The translations under genes and the position numbers were made by a program. 64,000 nucleotides of DNA, from positions 352,001 through 416,000 of the forward strand of contig CAXXMB010000001.1 in assembly GCA_963668675.2 (NCBI GenBank), read 5' to 3'. Position 1 is the first letter of the stretch. Each line of letters opens with the position of its first letter. This stretch comes from an uncultured Desulfatitalea sp. (GTDB lineage Bacteria > Desulfobacterota > Desulfobacteria > Desulfobacterales > Desulfosarcinaceae). Below are positions 56,374 through 64,000 of the stretch, one piece after another. The notes beneath the pieces are model-generated. The model had not been told where the DNA came from. It made no database searches and saw only the letters and a program-made list of their open reading frames with translations.

Positions 56374-57762
56374 ATGGAAGACAAGCCTGTCATAATATTT
56401 GCTAAAGCGACGTTGGAGAGGGACTATTTCCGCCATTTGATAGTTGAGACAGGGAAAAGCGCCATCTGTTTTGAAAAGGAGGAAATCTGTTTCGACAATT
56501 TGTATTCTTTAAAGCCTAAAATAATAATCGCTAGAATTGACTCCATTACGATAGCATGGCGTTTCGTTCTGGCGCTTTATGTTTTAAAATCCGATGCCAG
56601 ACTATTAATTGTATCTAACTATCTAAATCGCGAAAGCTTTACTGATAAAAGATTAAGCAAGAGTGTTACCTTCATTAAACTTACGTATGAAAAAGAAAAC
56701 TTTCTTAGCAAACTTGAACAGCTATACTTAGAACAGAGAGCGGCGAATAGCTCTAAACACCATGATATCCTGATTGGTGAGGCGTCAAGGATAAAAAAAA
56801 TAAATGCAATGATTCCCTGTTTGAAAAAATCGTCCGATCCGGTTCTAATTTCTGGTGAAAAAGGAACCGGAAAGGAGCGATTAGCCAGGATTATTGCTGG
56901 CTCAGTTGAGAACGACTCTATTTTCGTAAGAATCGATTGCAATGCTCATGGGCGTGAAAAGATCTTAGACAGGTTGGCGACTGAATTTGACAGAATAAAA
57001 GATAATCCTCTGGCCAAGCGGACTGCAGGTACTTGCCCAAAACCCGTTATTATTTTGCTAAATAATGTCAATCAATTGAACGAAACAGGTCAGGCAGAAA
57101 TATTGACACTTTTGGATGGAGGAAGCATAAGTTTAGATCAAAAAAAGAAAGAAAATGAAAAGGCATTCAGGATCATTTCTACTACCGAAGTTGATCTTTC
57201 AGTTCTTGCTAAACACGATGGATTTAGAAAAGATCTGTTTTATCGTCTAAATGTAATTCCCATCTATCTAACTCCCCTAAGACAGCGAAAAGGGGATATT
57301 CGTCTTCTGATAGATTATTTTTTAATAAATTCAACCATTGAAAAAGGACTTAGTTTTGAGTCGCCATCAGAGGCTACAATTGAAAAAATGTTCTGCTATA
57401 ATTGGCCAGGCAATATTCATGAACTTGAAAAGTTGATCGACCAATATGCAATTCAAAGAGACGAAGATATTATTAATGAGCACCTTGGTTCGATACAAAT
57501 GGATGATAGAAAATGTGACTATCTTTACGAAATGTTCAACCAGGATGTGGAAATTAGTACTTTAGAAATACATAACCACTTGACAACATTGGGAAAGATT
57601 TCGCTAAAGTCCATTTGTGATCAGTTTGCCGGATTTACTGAGAAAAGAATCATGCGGCGTGCATTGGAGAACACAAACTGGAATCGTAAAAAAGCCGCAG
57701 CATTGCTGAACATCAGCTATAAATCGATGTTGAATAAAATGAAAATGTATGAGATTGTCTAA
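56374..57762 (+). CDS. Degenerate sigma54-activator-like protein
   Basis: GEKGTGKE, FRKDLFYRL, WPGNIHEL and HTH present; no GAFTGA; Walker B reads LLNNV. Confidence 0.85.
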   Translation: MEDKPVIIFAKATLERDYFRHLIVETGKSAICFEKEEICFDNLYSLKPKIIIARIDSITIAWRFVLALYVLKSDARLLIVSNYLNRESFTDKRLSKSVTFIKLTYEKENFLSKLEQLYLEQRAANSSKHHDILIGEASRIKKINAMIPCLKKSSDPVLISGEKGTGKERLARIIAGSVENDSIFVRIDCNAHGREKILDRLATEFDRIKDNPLAKRTAGTCPKPVIILLNNVNQLNETGQAEILTLLDGGSISLDQKKKENEKAFRIISTTEVDLSVLAKHDGFRKDLFYRLNVIPIYLTPLRQRKGDIRLLIDYFLINSTIEKGLSFESPSEATIEKMFCYNWPGNIHELEKLIDQYAIQRDEDIINEHLGSIQMDDRKCDYLYEMFNQDVEISTLEIHNHLTTLGKISLKSICDQFAGFTEKRIMRRALENTNWNRKKAAALLNISYKSMLNKMKMYEIV

Positions 57763-57801
57763 CTATTCGAAATCTTAATGTTTTGCCATAAGGGATAAAC
57801 A

Positions 57802-59376
57802 ATGGAAGAATCCAGGCCAAAAATAACGCCCGAGTTGGTTTTTGATATCATTAAACGCCGGCGATGGATCATATTAGTGCCCTTAAGCGTGATGCTCGTC
57901 ATTGGCATCGTTCTTTCAATCGTACTGCCAAGAGTATATGAGGCAAAGACTCTGATTCTTGTAGAGGGTCAGAAAGTACCTCAAAATTTTGTGCAGTCTA
58001 TTGTAACTGAAGACACCGCACATAGAATCAACACGATATCACAACAGATCTTAAGCCGTACCAACCTGGAAAAAATAATCAGTGATTTTAATTTGTTTGC
58101 TGATGATCATTCCCAAAATATGTTTATTGAAGATAAGGTGAGAAATCTTAGAGAAAGGATATCGGTTGATGTCATTACTGACCGTGGAAGGCAAACGGAG
58201 GCGTTTACCATAATATTCAAAGGGAATGAACCTGAAAAGGTAATGCAAGTTGCAAACGGTTTAGCCACTTATTTCATCGACGAAAATCTTAAAGTAAGGG
58301 AGTCACAGGCAATCGGTACAAGCAGCTTCCTGGACTCTGAACTGGATACAATGAGGTCTCGACTCGAAGAGGTAGAAGAGAGAATTAAGAACTACCGAAA
58401 AACAAATATGGGGGAATTGCCGGAACAACTTGAAACGAACCTTAGAATATTAGAGCGGTTGCAGGAAAATTTAACTGATCGACAACAAAATTTACGTGAT
58501 GCAAGAACACGATTGGCAGAGCTCAAAAGCCAGGCCGTCAATAGAGAACCATCAGTTGTTGTGATTGGTGCTGACGGTCGCCAAAATCAAAATACTGGGG
58601 CAGCTTCACTTGAAGATCTTCTACAGCAACTCAAAACAATGCAAACAAGGTATACCGAAAAACATCCAGACATCCAAAGATTGAAGCGGCAAATAGCAGA
58701 TTTGGAGTCAGCGGCCAGCGAAGATGAAAGAAATAACGGTTCGGAGGAGTTGTCGCGCAGTATCCCCCGGGAACTCAGACTGCAAATGACAGAAGTCCAA
58801 CGCGAAATCAGCGTTACTGAAGAGGAAATATCGGAAATCCGAAATCAAATTCGAGAATATCAAGCCAGGACTGAGAACATACCGAAACGCGAGCAGGAGC
58901 TTTTGGGTTTAAACAGGGACTATGAAAATATCCAAGCAACCTATGAATCCCTATTGAATAGGAAGTTAGAGGCTGATATTGCAGTTAATATGGAGCGACG
59001 GCAAAAAGGCGAGCAATTTCGGGTTGTTGATCCTGCCAGAATGCCAGAGCGACCTATCGAGCCGGATTTGCGTAAACTCTTTATATTTATGGTCGCCCTT
59101 GGTATAGGTTTTGGGGCTGGTATCTCAGTTTTGCTGGAGTTTGCCAAGCCGACCTATAGGAGCCCAGATGAAATTGAGAATGAGTATGATTTGCCTGTAC
59201 TGGCCACTATCCCACAACTGTTAGATCCCAAACAGATCTTGTGTAGAAAATGGAACACAGTTCTCAGTATTGCTTATACAGTCGTAGTAATAGGGCTTTT
59301 CGGTATCTTTGGTGCAATAAGCATACTTGGACCTGAGATAGCTACAAAAGCAATATTTCAGATTAGTGGCGGCTAA
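57802..59376 (+). CDS. Polysaccharide chain-length determinant (Wzz/GumC-like)
   Basis: N-terminal TM, YTEKHPDI, coiled coils, FRVVDPA..P, C-terminal TMs, LPVLATIP. Confidence 0.9.
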   Translation: MEESRPKITPELVFDIIKRRRWIILVPLSVMLVIGIVLSIVLPRVYEAKTLILVEGQKVPQNFVQSIVTEDTAHRINTISQQILSRTNLEKIISDFNLFADDHSQNMFIEDKVRNLRERISVDVITDRGRQTEAFTIIFKGNEPEKVMQVANGLATYFIDENLKVRESQAIGTSSFLDSELDTMRSRLEEVEERIKNYRKTNMGELPEQLETNLRILERLQENLTDRQQNLRDARTRLAELKSQAVNREPSVVVIGADGRQNQNTGAASLEDLLQQLKTMQTRYTEKHPDIQRLKRQIADLESAASEDERNNGSEELSRSIPRELRLQMTEVQREISVTEEEISEIRNQIREYQARTENIPKREQELLGLNRDYENIQATYESLLNRKLEADIAVNMERRQKGEQFRVVDPARMPERPIEPDLRKLFIFMVALGIGFGAGISVLLEFAKPTYRSPDEIENEYDLPVLATIPQLLDPKQILCRKWNTVLSIAYTVVVIGLFGIFGAISILGPEIATKAIFQISGG

Positions 59377-59466
59377 TTTTTATCGGTTTGTTGCACTGAC
59401 AGCTAGTGATAAATGGTGTGAAAAGAAAATAACAGAAATAGACCTATAATATAGTAGGTGGATTCA

Positions 59467-60306
59467 ATGGGAAAAATATTTGATGCATTAGAAAAAGCTG
59501 GCAGTGCCAAAACAGCTGCTTTACCGTTGCTAAATCACAATAATAAAAAAGCAAAATTAGACAACAGTGCTGGAAATATTGTTGCCTTAAACAATTCAAC
59601 TCAGGCCGGCAGTTTGTTAAAGGTCGACGATAAAATGGTTGCATACCATAACCCTCAGTCAGTCCAGTCAGAGGTATTTAAGGTCTTAAGGACCAACTTG
59701 ATTTTCCCACAAGACGCGAATCCTCCAAGAAAGATATTGGTTACCAGCGCCTTGCCTAATGATGGAAAGTCCTTTGTAGCAGCTAACCTTGCGATCAGTA
59801 TTGCAAAGGGAGTAGAGGAATATGTCATGCTCATCGACTGTGATGTGCGTCGCCCAACGATACATGCTTTGTTTGGATATGGACGTGTAGCAGGTTTGTC
59901 TGAGCACCTCGCCAATGGTATGGATGTTCAAAAGATACTTCTTAAAACGGCTATACCGAAATTGACGATAATGCCTTCGGGTACTCCACCTCAAAACCCA
60001 ACGGAGTTGCTCTCATCCAAAAAAATGAGAGGCTTTTTGGATGAAGCTGCCAACAGATATGACGACCGTTTTATCCTTATCGATTCACCGCCTCCTTCTG
60101 TGGCAGCAGAAACAAGTGCCATAGTGAATTTGGTGGATGGGGTTATAGTTGTCGTGAAAGCAGGAAAGACGCCAAAAAGCGCTGTAAATGAAACGATAGA
60201 GCAGATTGGGAAAGAAAAAATCATAGGTGTTGTTTTTAATGGCTCGGATTCAGCCTTAAAGAAGTATTATGGGTACAACAAATCTTACTACGAAACCAAG
60301 CAATAG
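59467..60306 (+). CDS. BY-kinase (polysaccharide tyrosine autokinase)
   Basis: LRTN, TSALPNDGKS, IDCDVRRP, IDSPP, C-terminal YYGYNKSYY cluster. Confidence 0.93.
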   Translation: MGKIFDALEKAGSAKTAALPLLNHNNKKAKLDNSAGNIVALNNSTQAGSLLKVDDKMVAYHNPQSVQSEVFKVLRTNLIFPQDANPPRKILVTSALPNDGKSFVAANLAISIAKGVEEYVMLIDCDVRRPTIHALFGYGRVAGLSEHLANGMDVQKILLKTAIPKLTIMPSGTPPQNPTELLSSKKMRGFLDEAANRYDDRFILIDSPPPSVAAETSAIVNLVDGVIVVVKAGKTPKSAVNETIEQIGKEKIIGVVFNGSDSALKKYYGYNKSYYETKQ

Positions 60307-60391
60307 GTGGTAAAAGTGTTTTATTTTCGATTGTTTGAAGATTGAAACTTCAATAAGCTATCCATCCTTTAAATGGAAACTATATACTGAC

Positions 60392-61786
60392 ATGATGTTG
60401 AGACTTTTTAAACAATATTATCCGATTAGAAACGCAATTTTCGTATTGGGAGAAGGGCTGATTATTTTTTCCTCGGTGATTGTGGCGTGTGTATTGGTCA
60501 TAGGAGAAAAGAATCTAAGTATCGAGTATGTAACCATCTTTAAAGCATTGCTTATCACCGTCTTATGCCAGGCGTGCCTTTACTACAATGATTTGTATAA
60601 TTTCAAGACGACTGGCTCTTTTTCCGAACTCGGTATCAGGCTGTTTCAATCGTTGGGAGTTGCTGCAATTCTTCTTTCCTGTGTATATTTTATTTTTCCT
60701 GATGTCATAATAAAAGAAGGCATTTTTATTATAAGTATTCTCCTGGTCATCGGTTTTATTATTTCGTGGCGTGTTATGTATGCCCAAATCATTAACCACG
60801 GGCTGTTTGATCAAAAGATTATTATCATCGGCTCCGGACATACTGCAAAAGAGATTGCTAAGGAGATACTGGAAAAGAAGGATAGTGGCTATAAAATCGC
60901 CGCTGCAATTTCAAGGGAACCAATGAAAGAATTGCCATGTAATGAGGGTATCGGTTTGATATGCCAAAACCACTATGAGAACATTTGTGAAATTGCATTG
61001 CAGTGGAAAGTTAGAAAGATCGTAGTTGCTTTGGCAGAAAAGAGAGGCTCATTTCCAACAAAGGAATTGCTTAAGTGCAGGGTCAATGGCATTGAAGTTT
61101 TAGACGGCAATAGCTTTTATGAGATGCTTACTGGAAAGTTAATTGTTGAACATACCAATCCGGGATGGTTCATATTCTCGGAAGGCTTCCAGAAGAGCTT
61201 GATCCAAAAAATTCTAAAACGAATAATTGACATGCTATTCTCAATTTTACTTTTAATTTTAACGACACCATTGATTTTAGTAACTGCTTTGCTAATTAAA
61301 ATTGATTCAAAAGGTCCGGTTATTTTTTCTCAAGAAAGAGTTGGTGAACAATATAAAAAGTATAAAATCTATAAGTTCAGATCAATGCTTACAGACGCTG
61401 AGAAGACTACCGGTCCTGTTTGGGCAAAAGACAAGGATGACAGAATTACGAGAATTGGTCACTTCATACGGAAGTGGCGAATCGATGAAATCCCTCAGCT
61501 ATGGAACGTATTAAAAGGAGAAATGAGTTTCGTCGGACCGAGACCGGAAAGGGACCACTTTATAAAACAACTGACAGATGTTGTGCCATACTATGGCGAA
61601 AGGTTAACTGTCAAACCTGGATTGACGGGCTGGGCACAAGTGAGTTACGGATATGGCTCGTCGGTAAGAGATTCAATCGAAAAGCTTAATTACGACTTGT
61701 TCTACATAAAGAACATGTCAATATTAATGGATGTGATGATTATTGCGCGCACTGTTAGAACGGTTATTTTCGGACACGGTCGGTAA
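60392..61786 (+). CDS. Priming undecaprenyl-phosphate sugar transferase (PEP-CTERM-system type)
   Basis: KRIID, YKFRSM, DDRITRIG, DEIPQLWNVLKGEMSFVGPRPE, KPGLTGWAQV. Confidence 0.93.
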   Translation: MMLRLFKQYYPIRNAIFVLGEGLIIFSSVIVACVLVIGEKNLSIEYVTIFKALLITVLCQACLYYNDLYNFKTTGSFSELGIRLFQSLGVAAILLSCVYFIFPDVIIKEGIFIISILLVIGFIISWRVMYAQIINHGLFDQKIIIIGSGHTAKEIAKEILEKKDSGYKIAAAISREPMKELPCNEGIGLICQNHYENICEIALQWKVRKIVVALAEKRGSFPTKELLKCRVNGIEVLDGNSFYEMLTGKLIVEHTNPGWFIFSEGFQKSLIQKILKRIIDMLFSILLLILTTPLILVTALLIKIDSKGPVIFSQERVGEQYKKYKIYKFRSMLTDAEKTTGPVWAKDKDDRITRIGHFIRKWRIDEIPQLWNVLKGEMSFVGPRPERDHFIKQLTDVVPYYGERLTVKPGLTGWAQVSYGYGSSVRDSIEKLNYDLFYIKNMSILMDVMIIARTVRTVIFGHGR

Positions 61787-62244
61787 CCCATTGTTATGAT
61801 ATGTCGATATTTCTCGGCAATGGAGGTTATAAGGTTGTTTGTTGATAAGAATGCCACGATCTGATCCGTTATTATAAAGAGAGTGACGGACAGCGCCGAT
61901 GGCCTACTGACTGCTGAATTATATTTTGACACAGGCATATAACATATCGATCTTGAGCCGATTGGAAACTTATCATTCGATAAGGCAGACCTATGGTCGT
62001 AATTCCAACAATGATGACTTTATCATTAGTCGATAAGGTTAATGTAATCGACCATGCGAAGCTATATTTTTCCCCCTAGTCGACTCATTCTTACAAGTAA
62101 AGGCTTTTGGCAAAGTCTTATCTCATAGTGTGATGACGATTCATAAGTACTACTTTAATACATTGAACATGCGTTGGCCCTTGCTCTCGTGTGGTTTTGC
62201 TACAAAGTGCAGTGGCGCCGGACTCAACTTATGTGGGAAATGAC

Positions 62245-63270
62245 ATGAAATTTGATTATAACAGTGTACTTGTTACAGGAGCTGCTGGTTTTATTGGATT
62301 CCATCTTAGTAGGCGATTGCTCCAAGAGGGACGCAAAGTGATCGGAATTGACAATTTAAACGATTACTACGACACTCGGTTGAAGAAAGATCGACTGAGT
62401 ATCCTCCAAAAAGATGAGAAATTTATTTTTCACCGTGTCAACCTTGAAAATAAATCTGATCTTGAAGCGATCTTTTCCGAAACGCCTGTGGACATCGTCG
62501 TCAACCTTGCTGCTCAGGCCGGCGTTCGTTATTCCCTGAAAAATCCACACGCCTATGTCGATGCCAATATCGTAGGCTTTGTGAATGTGCTGGAATGTTG
62601 CCGCCATTTCAACGTAAAACACCTTGTATTCGCCTCTTCGAGCTCCGTATATGGGGCGAATACGAACATGCCCTTTTCGGTTCATAACAATGTCGACCAT
62701 CCGGTCTCACTTTACGCCGCCACCAAAAAGGCCAATGAACTTATGGCCCACACTTATAGCCATTTGTACGAATTGCCCTGTACGGGTTTGCGGTTCTTTA
62801 CGGTATACGGCCCTTGGGGCAGGCCTGATATGGCGCTGTTTATTTTTACTAAGGCCATTTTGGAAGATAGGCCCATTGATGTTTTCAATCACGGAAAAAT
62901 GAAGCGTGATTTTACCTATATCGATGATATAGTTGAGGGCGTTGTGAGAGTTATGGAGCGTAGACCTGAACCAAATCCGCAATGGAGTGGTGATTCTCCT
63001 GACCCCGGAACCTCATACACGTGTTACAAGGTCTACAACATCGGCAACAACAATCCCGTAGAGCTGTCGACGTTTATCGAGGAAATCGAAAACGCAGTTG
63101 AAAAACAGGCGGTACGGAATCTCATGGACATTCAACCGGGTGATGTGCCGGCCACTTTTGCCGACATCGATGATCTGGTCAACGACGTCGGATTTAAGCC
63201 GGCCACTCCACTGGAGGAAGGTATTAAAAGTTTCGTAACATGGTACAAATCTTATTATAACAATCAGTGA
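62245..63270 (+). CDS. NAD-dependent epimerase (UDP-glucuronate 4-epimerase-like)
   Basis: [45 protein letters not shown]. Confidence 0.93.
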   Translation: MKFDYNSVLVTGAAGFIGFHLSRRLLQEGRKVIGIDNLNDYYDTRLKKDRLSILQKDEKFIFHRVNLENKSDLEAIFSETPVDIVVNLAAQAGVRYSLKNPHAYVDANIVGFVNVLECCRHFNVKHLVFASSSSVYGANTNMPFSVHNNVDHPVSLYAATKKANELMAHTYSHLYELPCTGLRFFTVYGPWGRPDMALFIFTKAILEDRPIDVFNHGKMKRDFTYIDDIVEGVVRVMERRPEPNPQWSGDSPDPGTSYTCYKVYNIGNNNPVELSTFIEEIENAVEKQAVRNLMDIQPGDVPATFADIDDLVNDVGFKPATPLEEGIKSFVTWYKSYYNNQ

Positions 63271-63290
63271 TGGTGGGAGGAGCCAGTATA

Positions 63291-63869
63291 ATGAAACAGA
63301 GACGCTTCGTATCTATATTTTCCATCATGTCAATTCTATGGTTCGCAGCCCTATCAAGCGCCCAGACGGAAACGGATCAATCTAAACCATATCGCATCGA
63401 TCGGGGTGACATCCTGGAAATTGTTACATGGAAAGAGCCCGATTTTTCACGTGAAGACATTCTCGTACGCCTGGACGGTAAAATCTCTTTTCCCCTGCTT
63501 AACGACATTCAGGCCGCGGGGAAAACACCGACGGAACTGAAGCAACGGATCGAGGCGGGTTTAGCGGAGTATGTTACGGCTCCCAACGTGACCGTCACTA
63601 TTCAGAATGCTGCCAGTCAGCGTTTCTATATCCTCGGTGAAGTACAAAATACTGGTGAATACCCGCTGACCAAGGATTTGACGGTCCTGCAGGCCTTTGC
63701 TCTGGCTGGTGGATTTACTGAGTGGGCATCAAAAAAGGAGATCATCCTCTTCCGAAGGGAAAATGGCAAAGAAAAAGTGATTCAAATCAACTACCGTGAC
63801 ATCGTGAAAGACAAGGATTTCAGCCAGAATGTCAAGATCGAGGCTAACGATACGATAATCGTTCCATAA
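63291..63869 (+). CDS. Polysaccharide export protein (short Wza/OPX-like)
   Basis: GDILEI, VRLDGKISFPL, AAGKT, GEV..G.YPL, ALAGGFT, DTIIVP. Confidence 0.9.
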   Translation: MKQRRFVSIFSIMSILWFAALSSAQTETDQSKPYRIDRGDILEIVTWKEPDFSREDILVRLDGKISFPLLNDIQAAGKTPTELKQRIEAGLAEYVTAPNVTVTIQNAASQRFYILGEVQNTGEYPLTKDLTVLQAFALAGGFTEWASKKEIILFRRENGKEKVIQINYRDIVKDKDFSQNVKIEANDTIIVP

Positions 63870-63888
63870 AATGGGAAAGGAAATTATT

Positions 63889-64000
63889 GTGAAACTTTTC
63901 AATTCGTTGGTACCGGTTGTCATTGGTTTCGTAATCTTGTCGATGCCTTTCAACACTTCCCTGGCAGCCCAGTTCCTGGTAACGCCAAGGCTCATTCTTC
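63889..64000 (+). CDS. 3'-partial secreted protein, probably an EPS-associated outer-membrane beta-barrel
   Basis: GTG after AAAGGA; signal peptide ..NTSLA then AQFLVTPRLIL; position after a short OPX gene. Confidence 0.55.
   Translation, partial: MKLFNSLVPVVIGFVILSMPFNTSLAAQFLVTPRLIL

Noticed and set aside
61787..62244. Hidden gene or ops/JUMPstart element in the 460-bp EPS intergenic gap
   Set aside because: Only short ORFs without motifs; no GGCGGTAG element seen

Overview
A mostly GC-rich bacterial chromosomal window, most consistent with a Desulfobacterales-type deltaproteobacterium (inferred from gene content and repeat families). Housekeeping genes: pdxS (partial), pdxT, lgt, mtaB, mnmA, a stand-alone fusA, rsmG, ileS, lspA, holA, livKHMGF, argC, folD, secA and clpS-clpA-aat. 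Accessory loci: a long MCP-CheW-HAMP cluster; a large Ig/PKD-repeat surface protein behind a sigma54 promoter and a c-di-GMP-I riboswitch; a RAYT transposase with about 10 cognate GTAG REP palindromes; and the AT-rich start of an exopolysaccharide (PEP-CTERM/XrtA-like) cluster. Most notable observations: (i) a sigma54 regulatory module made of a receiver gene, an in-frame but split AAA+ activator, an unannotated 58-aa DRR-repeat micro-protein and a catalytically degenerate second activator with a near-identical HTH; (ii) a full-length CarB paralog with both ATP-grasp active sites degenerate but an intact allosteric MGS domain; (iii) a CoA-transferase/GNAT fusion whose catalytic Glu is replaced by Gln. 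I found no rRNA, tRNA or CRISPR array. All calls come from reading motifs by eye; no database search was run.
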